A stretch of DNA of 64,000 nt, from assembly GCA_044344255.1 (NCBI GenBank), contig JBIJDH010000018.1, forward strand, positions 115,024-179,023, written 5' to 3'. Below, one piece after another: positions 9,009-19,081 of the stretch. Origin of the DNA: Myxococcota bacterium (GTDB lineage Bacteria > Myxococcota_A > UBA796 > UBA2385). Positions within the stretch are counted from its first letter, which is position 1; every line of letters begins with the position of its first letter. The position numbers and the translations under genes were made by a program. The notes under the pieces were generated by a model. It was given only the letters and a program-made list of their open reading frames with translations. It did not search any database and had not been told where the DNA came from.

Positions 9009-10472
9009 CTACCGGTCGGAGACCCCGCGTCGGCCCCGGAGGCCGATCAGGACCAAGGAGAGGCCGAGCGCGAGCCGGCCCCACGCTCCACCCTCTGTCG
9101 GGCTCGCCGACGGGGCGGTGGAGCAGCCCTCCTTCGGCGCCCGGGTGACCTCGCCGCTGGCCTCCTCGGCTCCGCCGCCAGCCCCTTCGCCTTCGCCTTC
9201 GCCTTCGCCCTCGCCCTCGCCGCCGCCGTCGTCACCCGCGTCGGGGCTCACGCAACCGGCGGCGGGGTCACAGACAAGGCCCGCGGAGACACAGTCGGTC
9301 TCGGCGTAGGCGCCGTCGGTGCAGGCGGCGTAGGCGCCGCTGTCGGTGCAGAAGCCCGAGTGGGGCCCGGCGGCGCAGCGGGCGTCCATGCAGCCGGCGC
9401 CCAGCGTGTCGGTGCCGCAGACGAGGCCGAAGGCGGCGCAGTCTCCCGTCCCATAGACCCCGTCGTTGCAGGTGGCGATCTGGGTGGCGTCCAGGCACTC
9501 GGCGCCGAGCCCGTCGCCGCCCGGGCAGCGGGGATCGACGCAGAAGGCCCAGTCGCCGTCCTCCTGGCAGGCGAGGCCGTAATACCCGCAGTCGCCCGTG
9601 CTCTGGGGCTGGCCGCCCTCGCAGGCCGAGAGGACGGTGCCGTCGCACCAGCGGCCGTTCGCCACCGGACAGGCGCTGTCGACCGCGCTGTGAAAGGTGA
9701 CGCCGAAGTGATTGGAGACGGTGCGGAGGCTGCCGTCGGAGGGGTCATTGAGGACAGACCCGTCGAGCACGAGCGTGCTGCTCCCGCCGCCGTCCAGCAT
9801 CACGCCGTCCCAACAGCCGAGCTCTACCATGAGGTCGCGCACCTCGTCGCAGGTCATCCCGTCCGAGCTCGAGCTCCGCCCGTCGATGACCATCATCCAG
9901 ATGTGCTGGCCGTCGGCCTCGACACACATGGCGCTGCGGGGGTTACGCACGGAGTCAAAGCAGCCCGAGCTCTTCACGCCGTCATTGACCATCTGGATGC
10001 CGTTGGCGCCGGTCGCCTGATAAAACCGATAGGGCGCGAGGGTGGGGGTGCTGAACCACCAGGCGCTGTCGAGGGGCAGCTCGACGCCGAGGCTGCACTG
10101 CTTCGTGATGGTACAGGCCACATATCCCCAGGTGCCGCCGAGGGTGTCATCGTGGATGTGGTCGTGCCACTGGGCGCCATTCGAGATGGCGAGGCCCACC
10201 GGCGTGGTGCCGTCTGACCAGTCGGAGTTGATGGCGAGGGTCGCGCCCGTGTTCACGGCGAAGGTCTTGGTGTTGACCTTCCGCTCGACCCCGATCTCGT
10301 CCGAGGAGGCGTGGAGCTGCACCGTGGGCAAGGAGAGGTCGATGCGCGCCGCCCAGATGTCCCAGGGCTCCGCCGTGGTGCGGTGGAGGAGGTCGAGGCC
10401 TGCGTGGGGCGTGGTCCAGGTGTCGGTGGCCTGGGCGCTCTGGACGAAGGTGAGGGCGAGGAGGGCGAGCAT
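9009..10472 (-). CDS. Phosphodiester glycosidase (NAGPA-like) family exported protein with Cys-rich repeats and MYXO-CTERM-like anchor
   Basis: Signal peptide; ATLAINSD, RNPRSA, IDGRS...GMT and LDGGGSSTL motifs; GE-repeat linker; tail GCSTAP...LALGLSLVLIGLRGRR. Confidence 0.85.
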   Translation of the reverse strand: MLALLALTFVQSAQATDTWTTPHAGLDLLHRTTAEPWDIWAARIDLSLPTVQLHASSDEIGVERKVNTKTFAVNTGATLAINSDWSDGTTPVGLAISNGAQWHDHIHDDTLGGTWGYVACTITKQCSLGVELPLDSAWWFSTPTLAPYRFYQATGANGIQMVNDGVKSSGCFDSVRNPRSAMCVEADGQHIWMMVIDGRSSSSDGMTCDEVRDLMVELGCWDGVMLDGGGSSTLVLDGSVLNDPSDGSLRTVSNHFGVTFHSAVDSACPVANGRWCDGTVLSACEGGQPQSTGDCGYYGLACQEDGDWAFCVDPRCPGGDGLGAECLDATQIATCNDGVYGTGDCAAFGLVCGTDTLGAGCMDARCAAGPHSGFCTDSGAYAACTDGAYAETDCVSAGLVCDPAAGCVSPDAGDDGGGEGEGEGEGEGEGAGGGAEEASGEVTRAPKEGCSTAPSASPTEGGAWGRLALGLSLVLIGLRGRRGVSDR

Positions 10473-10579
10473 GGCGGGAGGGTAGCACGGGCGCGCCGGG
10501 GCGCTCGGCGACCGGGTGGCGCCGCTCCCGGTCGCCCGGTGCCCGGGTCCGGGCTAGGTGGACGGACGCAAGGAGTTCC

Positions 10580-13500
10580 GTGATGCCTGATCTCCGCCTC
10601 GGTACCTGCTCCTCGGACCTCCTCCACTTCACCTTCGAGCGCCTCGAAGACGCGCTCCGCCTCTTCCTCGTCAACGCCGACGAGTCGGGCTCGATGGGCG
10701 GGCGCACGCACGAGAACGTGCGGGCTTACGAGGCGGTGGCGGCCAGCCTCGGCGGCAAGGCGGACATCGTCATCCTCCACGGCTTCGCCTCGGACAGCGA
10801 CTATGAGGTCATCCTCAGCGCCGCGGCCCAGGCCCGCCTGCCGGGCATCGGGGCGATCATCCCCACCGGGCGCGGCAAGGTCCTGTCGGCGGAGGGGCCG
10901 GAGGCGGTCATTCGGCTGGGGCGGGACACGCTCGCGCGCCACGCGGCGCGGGGCTCGACCAACCCGGCCTCGCACCCGCAGCTCCTCCGCGCCCTGGCCG
11001 CCCTGCTGGACAAGCTCGACGGCGAGCTCGAGCTCGTGGTCCTCAACAGCTCGGACGGCGGCTTCGACGGCGGTCCCCGCAGCGCGCTCACCCAGCAGAT
11101 CGAGGCGGCGATGCGCCTCGTCACGGCCCGCTCCCGCTGCCTGCTCGCCGCCAATGTGCTCGTGGGCTCGGCGGGGAGCCCAGACGCCCTCGGCTTCTTC
11201 ACGGGAGACAGCGAGAAGTACGACAACCGCTTGCTCTTCTCCACCCTCGCCGCCGCGCCGGGCGTGCTCCTCCTCTCGGACTTTGACCCCAGCACGGTGC
11301 AGGTGGGGGCGAATGACTCCGTCCAGCACACGATCTCCCCGGCGCTGCCGATCTGGCGGGTCACGGAGGGGGACGCGCTCGTCACCTGGGCCCCCGAGGG
11401 TGCGGCGGCCTCCCCGCGCACCGCCGTGGTGCGGCGCATCCTCCCCAAGCCGGGCGGCCGGCGGATGGTGATGCGGGCCGAGGTCAGCCTGAACCCGCGG
11501 GACGTGACCCTCGACCGAGACGGGGTCGAGGTCTTTGACCTCATCGCCCGCAGCCTGTCGGACAACCCCTATCTGCGAGAGGCCTCGCGGGCGGCGCTCA
11601 ATGGGCTCATCGCCCCCCTCGAGGCCCTGCTCGGCACCCGGGACGCCGTGCTCGCCATGCTGGTGGCGAGCCCCGCCGACCTCTCGCGCGAGGGCGCCCT
11701 CGTGGAGCAGATCGCGGCCAACACCCGGGCCATCCGAGCGGTGGTCGACGCGCCAGAGCTCAGCCCGCACGCGCGGGCGAGCCGCTGCAACGCGCTGAAC
11801 AACGCCCGCCGCCTGCTCAAGGCGGAGCTCCGACAGGCCCGAGAGTCGATGCAGCAGGCGGCGCTCGAGCGGGAGCTCGGCTTCTATGAGGCGCACCCCA
11901 ACCACTGGCTGCTCTGGCTGCAGCCGGCGATTGACCGCCTGAAGGAGCAGCTCGGCGCCACGCAGGTCGATCCCGGCGACAAGATGGCCCACCTCTCCAC
12001 CCGCATCCGCACGGCGAAGTCCGCGGCGGACGGGCGCGCCCGGGCGGCCGACCGCTTCGTCGACAAGCTGCTCGCCGAGTCCCGCGCGCGGAGAGACCGC
12101 CTGTCTCGGGTGGCCGACCCGCGCGACGCGGTCCCCTTCGAGGCGCCCGGCGCCTGGCTCACCGCGGCCTGCCCCGTGAGCGGCCTGTCGCTCACGCGCG
12201 GGCTCGCGGCCATCCCCTTCGTCGCCGATCGGAGTGACCTCACGAGCGGCAACATCATGTCCGGCGGACAGAACGTCGACCGCATGCCGATCGACGACGG
12301 GCCGCTGCTCTCGCTCTCCGCGGTGCGGGAGCTCATGTGGGGGGAGCTCGGCCAGATGGCCTCCCCCTATACGAACGGCGCCGCCTGGTACAACGCCGCC
12401 ATCCCCGTGCTGCTGGGCCCCGCCACCCCCGAGTCCATGCGAGAGCTCGAGCGGGCGCTCGGCTGGCTCTCCACGGGCACCTCGGCCTTCGTGCCGGTCA
12501 TGGCCGAGGCCATCCCGGGCGCCCTCGCCGTGCTCCTCGGCGATCCCGCCGACGGCCCCAACCGGAGCCCGACCGTCCAGGCCCTCCTGCGCACCTCCGC
12601 CCTCCTCCCCCGCTACCGGTCCTATCCCTATGTGCCGGGGACGGCGGTCTTCGACGAGGCGGCCCCGATGTTGTCGCTCACCCAGGTCTGGGCGCAGAGC
12701 CTCGACGCGGCGGGGGGCGCGGCCTGTCTCCAGAGCCTCGGCTGTATCACCTCGCTCTTCGGCCGGGCGGTCGCCGCCGATCAGGCCGACGCCGCCGTCG
12801 TCGCCGATGACCTCTTCGCCTGGGCCTGTCGGAACATCGCCCGCGGCGTGCTGGGCGCAGGCGGTGTCGATGGGCGCGGCGGGGTTGAGGGCATCCGCCG
12901 CCTCGCCGCGGCGCTGTTTGTGCGCGTGGAGCTCGCGGGGCACCCCCTCGGCGGTGGGCCCGCCGTGGAGCTGGCCGTGGCGCCGACCGACCGCGCCCCC
13001 GAGGGGCTCGGCCTCCGCGCCGATGACGACGGCGAGTGGCTCGTGGGCCCCACCCTGTCCTGGGTGCTCGGGCCGGCGGCCGCCGGCTGGACCCTCGGGC
13101 CCGTGCTCCGTGCGGGCTTCACCGACGCGCTCAACGCCCACCTCTCGGCCCTGTCGGGATCGGCCCAGACCGAGGTGATCCTGGCGCTCGACGGGATCTT
13201 CCACCGCCTCGACAGCCTCACCGCTTCCACCCTCAATCGGCCGACCGAGTCCCCGGAGCTGCGGGAGGCCCAGGCGGCGAAGGCGCCCGCGGGCTCGACG
13301 CTATCGGGACAGACCCACCCCGGCTTCGACGACGCCGCGGCCCTCGAGGCCCTCCGCCCGCGGCGCCTGTCCACGCCGGTCCCCCCGCTCACGAGCCCCC
13401 TCGCCCAGGCGCGGCGGATGACCAAGGCCGGAGAGACCACCTGGCTCCCGCCCGCGGACGCCGGCCTGTCGCTCAACCCGAGCGCCCTGTCCTATTTCGA

Positions 13501-14371
13501 GGGCCACACGGCGCTCTATCCGCTCCGCGCCTGGCTCCGCCTCGTCGAGGCCGGGCTGGTCGGGCAGCCGGCCCTGCAGGCCCTCCGCGCGAGCGAGGCG
13601 GCGCCGCTCATCCCGGCCCTGCCCGCGGTCCTGCCGCGGCTGGCCTCGCTCCTCGGCGGGATGGACGCCGTGCTGCTGCAGCTCCGCCGGGCCTTCGCCT
13701 TCGTGCTCACCCACGCGCACGGCTACGCCGACAGTCAGTGGGCCACCTCCCCGCTGCGCACCGCCACCGCCGAGGCGGTCGACGCCGTGCTCGGGGCGCC
13801 CACTCCGCCGGTCGCCTCGCCGCGCGCCTATGGCGCGGCCGACCACCTCGACCTGTCGGTGGGCGACGACTGGCCGAAGATGGACGCGCGGGGCTACCTG
13901 CCAAAGGCGCAGGCGATTGGCCGCACCGGCGCCCCCCTCCTGCCGCCGCCTCGCCTCGGCCCCGAGGCCCTCGGCCTCTCCGATGTGTTGCTCGTGCAGG
14001 CGGGCTGCGCGGCGATGCTCAGCGACCTCGCCGCCAGCGGGCTCAGCAACGTCTTCGGCGGCCTCCATCGCGGGGCCCGCCGGCTGCTCGGGGAGCAGGC
14101 GATTGACCTCCGCGCGCTGCCCGAGGCGGAGCGCCACCGGCTCATCCTCGAGGAGCTCGCCCCCAAGCTCGCTGGCTGGGTGCGGGGCGACCCCGCCCAC
14201 CCGCAGTTCTTCCCGGACTGTGTCAACATCCTCCACCAGCTCTGCGCGCTCGGGGTCGACACGCGCAGCTTCCGCGCCGACGAGCCCGCCGAGCTCATCG
14301 CCGCCGAGGCGAGGGCGCTCCGGGCCGGCCTGTCCGCGCTCACGGGGCCCGCTGCAGCCGGGTCTGAATGA
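10580..14371 (+). CDS. 1263-aa protein of unknown function with N-terminal vWA (MIDAS) domain
   Basis: LFLVNADESGSMGG (DxSxS), later GSTN and VVLNSSDGG; AAGGAG RBS; consistent codon usage over 3.8 kb. Confidence 0.75.
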   Translation: MMPDLRLGTCSSDLLHFTFERLEDALRLFLVNADESGSMGGRTHENVRAYEAVAASLGGKADIVILHGFASDSDYEVILSAAAQARLPGIGAIIPTGRGKVLSAEGPEAVIRLGRDTLARHAARGSTNPASHPQLLRALAALLDKLDGELELVVLNSSDGGFDGGPRSALTQQIEAAMRLVTARSRCLLAANVLVGSAGSPDALGFFTGDSEKYDNRLLFSTLAAAPGVLLLSDFDPSTVQVGANDSVQHTISPALPIWRVTEGDALVTWAPEGAAASPRTAVVRRILPKPGGRRMVMRAEVSLNPRDVTLDRDGVEVFDLIARSLSDNPYLREASRAALNGLIAPLEALLGTRDAVLAMLVASPADLSREGALVEQIAANTRAIRAVVDAPELSPHARASRCNALNNARRLLKAELRQARESMQQAALERELGFYEAHPNHWLLWLQPAIDRLKEQLGATQVDPGDKMAHLSTRIRTAKSAADGRARAADRFVDKLLAESRARRDRLSRVADPRDAVPFEAPGAWLTAACPVSGLSLTRGLAAIPFVADRSDLTSGNIMSGGQNVDRMPIDDGPLLSLSAVRELMWGELGQMASPYTNGAAWYNAAIPVLLGPATPESMRELERALGWLSTGTSAFVPVMAEAIPGALAVLLGDPADGPNRSPTVQALLRTSALLPRYRSYPYVPGTAVFDEAAPMLSLTQVWAQSLDAAGGAACLQSLGCITSLFGRAVAADQADAAVVADDLFAWACRNIARGVLGAGGVDGRGGVEGIRRLAAALFVRVELAGHPLGGGPAVELAVAPTDRAPEGLGLRADDDGEWLVGPTLSWVLGPAAAGWTLGPVLRAGFTDALNAHLSALSGSAQTEVILALDGIFHRLDSLTASTLNRPTESPELREAQAAKAPAGSTLSGQTHPGFDDAAALEALRPRRLSTPVPPLTSPLAQARRMTKAGETTWLPPADAGLSLNPSALSYFEGHTALYPLRAWLRLVEAGLVGQPALQALRASEAAPLIPALPAVLPRLASLLGGMDAVLLQLRRAFAFVLTHAHGYADSQWATSPLRTATAEAVDAVLGAPTPPVASPRAYGAADHLDLSVGDDWPKMDARGYLPKAQAIGRTGAPLLPPPRLGPEALGLSDVLLVQAGCAAMLSDLAASGLSNVFGGLHRGARRLLGEQAIDLRALPEAERHRLILEELAPKLAGWVRGDPAHPQFFPDCVNILHQLCALGVDTRSFRADEPAELIAAEARALRAGLSALTGPAAAGSE

Positions 14372-14675
14372 CCTCCTGGGCGCCGAGCCGGGGGGCCAGG
14401 GCGGTCCAGATCTGCTCGGGCTCCATCCCGGGGTGACAGAGCAGCACGTCGAGCAGGGCGAGGTGGTGTTCGGGCCAGGTCGAGAGCACGACGTGGCTCT
14501 CGGCGAGGATGTAGGCGACGGTGACACCGTGGGGCACGAAGCGGGTGACGAGCTCGCCCACGGGCTTCGCGCCCACGGCGAGGACGGCGCTGCGGAGGGC
14601 CTCGCCGAGGCCGACGGCGTCGTTCAGATCGCCCTCGCAGCGGCGGGCGTCGACGAGGAGCTGGGTGATGTTCAA
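14340..14675 (-). CDS. speD: S-adenosylmethionine decarboxylase proenzyme (SpeH/SpeD class 1B)
   Basis: F-x-P-x-GVT...LAESHVVLSTWPE...DVLLC (autocleavage at E-S); TTG start overlapping the upstream stop (TTGA). It is only the C-terminal part of ORF 14340..15674. Confidence 0.9.
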   Translation of the reverse strand: MNITQLLVDARRCEGDLNDAVGLGEALRSAVLAVGAKPVGELVTRFVPHGVTVAYILAESHVVLSTWPEHHLALLDVLLCHPGMEPEQIWTALAPRLGAQEVIQTRLQRAP

Positions 14676-15679
14676 CAAGGCAGATCCAGGCTCCGGCGGA
14701 GGGGGCTCCCGGGGGGCATCTTCCAGATCCGGGCGTCGAGGAGGTAATGGGTGACCTGGGGCACCGCGAGGAGCGGCGTGAGGGAGAGGAGGGGCTCCCC
14801 CAGGGCCTCTGCCAGGGCCGCCCAGCTCTCTTGCCAGACGAGCAGGTCCCAGAGGCCCTCCTCGACGAGCGCGAGGCTCACGGGGAGCAGGAGCCAGATC
14901 GGCCACCACCGATAGACCCAGGGGCGCAGCGGGCCCCGCCCAAGGGCCCACTGGCGGCTCCCCACGCGGTGTACGAGGGCGAGGTAGGAGAGGCCGTGGG
15001 GGAGCACGTTGGCGATGGTGAAGGCGCCGTCGCTGTTGGTCCAGACGATGGCGGTGAACCAGGACAGGCCGGTGCCGAGCAGCCAGAGGTCGCGGCCCCA
15101 GGCGAGGCGGCGGCTGCGCAGCCGGAGCCCGAGGTGGGTGAGGGCCAGGGCGGCGGTGAGCGCCCCGGCGGGCCAGAGGACCCACCCGGGCAGGGCGGGG
15201 AGGTCGCCCTCGGTGAACCAGGTGAAGGCCCGGGGGAGGTGGGTCATCCAATAGACGAGGGGCAGCGCGCAGAGGGCCTCGGAGAGGCGGCGCTCCACCG
15301 CCCGCTCGAAGGGGGAGAGGCCGCCCGCCCGCGCCTGATAGAGCGCGAGGATGCCCGTCTGCTGGCGAATGAAATGAAAGATGGCCAGGGCGGCCAGCGC
15401 CGACCAGAAGCGCTCCGCCGCGAGGGCCCACAGCAGGCTGGCGCCGACCAGCGCGGCCAGGGCGCACTCGAGGAGGGTGCGCCGCGGGGCCGTGGGGTCG
15501 AGCGCGGTTCGATAGAGGCTCGACCAGGTGTGGGCCACGTCCACGCCGACGACGAGCAGCAGCCAGGCGCCCGTGGACAGGGTGAGGGAGGCGGGCCAGA
15601 GGGCGGCCAGGGCGGCGGCCCCGAAGGCCGGACCGACCATGAAGCACAGATCCCAGCGGGGAGAGACCAGCCACATCAT
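14672..15679 (-). CDS. Integral membrane protein with His motifs, function unknown
   Basis: About 8 hydrophobic segments; DVAHTWSSLYRT, FHFIRQQ, PHGLSY and PQVTHYLLDARIW motifs. Confidence 0.8.
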   Translation of the reverse strand: MMWLVSPRWDLCFMVGPAFGAAALAALWPASLTLSTGAWLLLVVGVDVAHTWSSLYRTALDPTAPRRTLLECALAALVGASLLWALAAERFWSALAALAIFHFIRQQTGILALYQARAGGLSPFERAVERRLSEALCALPLVYWMTHLPRAFTWFTEGDLPALPGWVLWPAGALTAALALTHLGLRLRSRRLAWGRDLWLLGTGLSWFTAIVWTNSDGAFTIANVLPHGLSYLALVHRVGSRQWALGRGPLRPWVYRWWPIWLLLPVSLALVEEGLWDLLVWQESWAALAEALGEPLLSLTPLLAVPQVTHYLLDARIWKMPPGSPLRRSLDLPC

Positions 15680-15710
15680 CGGTCGACGCTCGGGTGGCCG
15701 CCGGCCGCGC

Positions 15711-17321
15711 TCATCGCCAGACCTCGGTCAGGAGCCCGCGCGCGGCGAGCACCTCCTCGGCGGCGCGGACCCCGTGCTCGGCTGCCTCTTCGAAGAGGGA
15801 GAGGCCGGAGAGGTCGGTGTGGGCGAAAGACACGGCCCCGACCGGCGCCTGGAGGGCGGCGAGGCGCCCGTCGTGGAGGCCGGGGACGGGGCGGGCGGTG
15901 CCGTGGCCCCAGCGCCAGAGCTGGACGCCCAGGACGAGGTCGTCGATGTCGGGGTGCGGGCCGCGGAGCTCGGCGAGGACACGCTCGGCGTCGGCCTCGG
16001 GGTCGCCCTCGAGCAGGCGCCGCCGCTCCGCCCGCGGGTCCGGGCCGGTCAAGGGCTCGTACCAGGACAGGACCGCGCGGCCGGGGACCGCGTGGGTCTG
16101 GTGGCGGTTCTGCACGTAGCCGAGGCTGGAGGCGCCGTAGATCACGGTGTCCCAGGCGGGGTCCGAGCCCGCCCCGCGCGGCGGAGTGGTGACCTCGATC
16201 GCCGCGACCCGCCAGGGGGCCGCGTCTACCGCCGCCGGGCGGGGGGCGCCGAGGAGGCGACCGGCGACGGCCGTGGGCACGGCGAGCACGACCTGATCGG
16301 CCTGGATGGCGATGACGTCGCCTGCCTCCTCGACGACGAGGCGGGCGGGGGGCCCAGGCTCCACCGACCGCACCACCGCCCCGGCGCGCAGGGGATAGGG
16401 CGAGCGCGCCCGCAGCGCCTCCACCATCCAGCCGTTGCCGGCGGGCCAGGTGAGCACGTTCGTGGACAGGGCCAGGGCGGGGTCGGGCCGCCGCGCGCAG
16501 TGGTAGTGGAGCCCGGCCCAGGCGCTCGTGCCCTCGAGGGTGGTGCCGTAGTCGTCTCGACAGCCGTACTCCACCCACCAACGAAAGACTGGGTCTGTCC
16601 AGCCCTGGGTGTCGAGCCAGTCGGCGAAGGTGCGCGCCACGAGGGCGCGGGGGACAGGGTCCCAGGAGCAGCCGTGGAGGGGGAGCGTGAAATAGGGCCG
16701 CCCGTCGGCGCCGACGGCGGCGCGGAGGCGGGCGACCTCGGCCTCGAAGTCTGTCCGCTGCGACAGGGCCTCGGCGCCGGCGATGCGGGAGGGCCAGAGC
16801 CCCTCGGTGAATCGGCCCCCGTTCCAGAGGCGCTCCTCGGGGGCGGCCACCACCGCGAGCTCGTCGTAGCGGGGCCGGCCGTCGGCGTCGAAGCCTTGAA
16901 TGACACCGAGCTCGCGCAGCAGGCGGCGCATCACCCGCGCCTCGGGGTTCGGCAGGGTGAGGTAGTGCGCCCCCCAGGGGAAGGGGCCGCCGTGCCCCTC
17001 GCCGGAGCGCGCGGTCCCGCCGGCCTGGTCGGCGAGCTCGACCAGCACGACGTCGCGGAGGCCGGCGGCGGCGAGGCGCCAGGCGGCGGTGAGCCCGGCC
17101 ACGCCCGCGCCGACGATGGCCACCGCCACGGACTGGTCGCGCCGCGGCGCCGGGGCGGGGCTCCACAGGCGGTGGCCGCGCTCGGCGTCGGGGCCGTCGG
17201 CGTAGGTGGCTGGGGGGCGGGCCGCGGGTCGGGCCCGCGGGGCGGCGCCGCAGCGCAGCGCGAGGAGGCCGGCGGCCCCCGCCTGGAGCACCCCGCGGCG
17301 TGAGGGGGGAGGCGACCTCAC
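15711..17321 (-). CDS. Tat-exported FAD-dependent (amine) oxidoreductase
   Basis: SRRGVLQAG Tat-like motif; IVGAGVAGLTAAW dinucleotide fold; PWGAHYL, RDDYG, WGHG and AHTDLSGLSLFEEA; GTGA overlap with speE. Confidence 0.88.
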   Translation of the reverse strand: MRSPPPSRRGVLQAGAAGLLALRCGAAPRARPAARPPATYADGPDAERGHRLWSPAPAPRRDQSVAVAIVGAGVAGLTAAWRLAAAGLRDVVLVELADQAGGTARSGEGHGGPFPWGAHYLTLPNPEARVMRRLLRELGVIQGFDADGRPRYDELAVVAAPEERLWNGGRFTEGLWPSRIAGAEALSQRTDFEAEVARLRAAVGADGRPYFTLPLHGCSWDPVPRALVARTFADWLDTQGWTDPVFRWWVEYGCRDDYGTTLEGTSAWAGLHYHCARRPDPALALSTNVLTWPAGNGWMVEALRARSPYPLRAGAVVRSVEPGPPARLVVEEAGDVIAIQADQVVLAVPTAVAGRLLGAPRPAAVDAAPWRVAAIEVTTPPRGAGSDPAWDTVIYGASSLGYVQNRHQTHAVPGRAVLSWYEPLTGPDPRAERRRLLEGDPEADAERVLAELRGPHPDIDDLVLGVQLWRWGHGTARPVPGLHDGRLAALQAPVGAVSFAHTDLSGLSLFEEAAEHGVRAAEEVLAARGLLTEVWR

Positions 17322-18847
17322 GGGTGGCGCATCCCCGCCCACTCTTCTTCGTAGAGCCGCACCAACACCTGATTGTCGAGGCGATTGATCTCGGAGGGGA
17401 GGGGAGAGAGGTCGGCCGGGAAGATGAAGAGGGTGGGCAGGAGCTCGGCGGTGAGGAACTGGAGGCCCGCCGGGAGCGCGCCGGAGGGCTCCGGTCGTCG
17501 GTGCCCGCCGAGCACGAAGCCCCACTCGCCGAAGGAGGGGATGTAGCTGTGATAGGGCCGCGCCTCGAGGCCGGCGGCCTGCACGGTCTCGAAGATGCAG
17601 CTCCAGGCGCGGCGCGAGAAGAGGGGGCTCGTCGACTGGATCGAGAAGGCCCCTTCGGGGGCGATGGCGCGCCCGAGCATCTGATAAAACTGGCGGCTGT
17701 AGAGTTTGCCGAGCCCGTGGTTGTTCGGATCGGGGAAGTCGAGGATGGCGATGTCGAAGGGCGCCTCGGCGAGCTGCCGCAGCCAGACGAAGGCGTCCTC
17801 GTTGACCACGCGCAGGCGGGGGTCGGACAGGGAGCCCTGATTGAGCGTGGCGAGCTCGGGGCGCTCGCGGAAGAGGCGGGTCATCTCGGGGTCGAGGTCG
17901 ACGAGCACGACCTCCTCGACGCTCGGGTGTCGCAGCACCTCCCGCACGGCGAGGCCGTCCCCGCCGCCCATCACGAGCACGCGCCGGGGGCGGTCCACGG
18001 CGATCATCGGGACGTGCACGAGGGGCTCGTGGTAGCGGTGCTCATCGACCGAGCTGAATTGCAGGGCCCCGTCAATATAGAGGCGGATGTCGGCGCCGCG
18101 GTGGGTGACGACGAGGCGCTGATAGGGGGACTGGACGCGGAGGGCGATAGGGTCTGCAAACAGGGCGGCCTCGATGCGCTCCTCCCAGCCGCGGGCGAAG
18201 ATCAGCGCGCCGCCCAGCAAGGCGATGGCACCGCCGGACAGGACCTGGAGCCTGCGCTTCACCGGCTGGGGCGCCTCGAAGACGGAGGCCGTCCAGAGGG
18301 CCACCCCGGCGTTGACGAGCCCGACCGCGAGGCTGGCCTGGAAGAGCCCCAGGCGAGGCAGGAGGAAGAGCGGGAAGAGCAGGCTCGCCGCCAGGGCGCC
18401 GATGTAGTCGAGGAAGAGCACCCGGGCGAGGAGCTCCTTCAGGCTCGCCTCCTTCTCGAGGATGCGCACCAGGAGCGGCAGCTCGAGGCCGACCCCCGCG
18501 CCCACGAGGCCCACCATCACGAAGACCATCGGGCGGAAGGCGGGCGTGTACGCGAAGCCTGCGTAGAGGACCGGCCCCTCGAAGCCCCCGAGCAGGGCGA
18601 CGGCCAGCTCCACCTCGACGAAGCGCGCGACGAGGTTGCCCTCGACGTGCTTGGACAGGTAAGAGCCCACCCCCATCGCCGACAGGTAGGTGCCGATCAC
18701 CAGGGAGAACCAGGTGATGGAGTCGCCGAGCAGATAGGAGGAGATCGCGCCGGCCACGAGCTCGTAGATGAGGCCGCAGGTGGCGATCAGGAAGACGGAC
18801 AGGAAGAGCACCCGCGTCATCGGCGGGAGCGTCGGGCGAGCGTGCAT
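17318..18847 (-). CDS. speE: Membrane-fused polyamine aminopropyltransferase (spermidine synthase)
   Basis: N-terminal ~7 TM (CGLIYEL, DYIGAL); QSPYQ, LQFSSVDEHRYHE, LVMGGGDGLAVREV, DLDP and LDFPDP motifs. The start may be ATG 18820. Confidence 0.93.
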   Translation of the reverse strand: MHARPTLPPMTRVLFLSVFLIATCGLIYELVAGAISSYLLGDSITWFSLVIGTYLSAMGVGSYLSKHVEGNLVARFVEVELAVALLGGFEGPVLYAGFAYTPAFRPMVFVMVGLVGAGVGLELPLLVRILEKEASLKELLARVLFLDYIGALAASLLFPLFLLPRLGLFQASLAVGLVNAGVALWTASVFEAPQPVKRRLQVLSGGAIALLGGALIFARGWEERIEAALFADPIALRVQSPYQRLVVTHRGADIRLYIDGALQFSSVDEHRYHEPLVHVPMIAVDRPRRVLVMGGGDGLAVREVLRHPSVEEVVLVDLDPEMTRLFRERPELATLNQGSLSDPRLRVVNEDAFVWLRQLAEAPFDIAILDFPDPNNHGLGKLYSRQFYQMLGRAIAPEGAFSIQSTSPLFSRRAWSCIFETVQAAGLEARPYHSYIPSFGEWGFVLGGHRRPEPSGALPAGLQFLTAELLPTLFIFPADLSPLPSEINRLDNQVLVRLYEEEWAGMRHP

Positions 18848-18856
18848 TCGCGCGGG

Positions 18857-19072
18857 CTATCCGACCGAGGCGGAGATGATGATCGCTAGCCCGAGGATGA
18901 CCGAGCCCATGATGATGGCCAGCGCCGTGTTCTGGTCCTCCTCGATCTCCTTGCGGACCGAGAAGGGGATCACCTTCACCATCACCACGAAGGCGACGAG
19001 GAAGATGACCACCCCCATCCCGGAGTAGGCGAGGGTGGCGAGGAGGGAGTCAGTGTCGAGGGGGTTGTGCAT
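18857..19072 (-). CDS. DUF350 family small membrane protein
   Basis: Two TM segments around PFSVRKEIEEDQNTALAI. Confidence 0.88.
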   Translation of the reverse strand: MHNPLDTDSLLATLAYSGMGVVIFLVAFVVMVKVIPFSVRKEIEEDQNTALAIIMGSVILGLAIIISASVG

Positions 19073-19081
19073 GGGGCGCTC

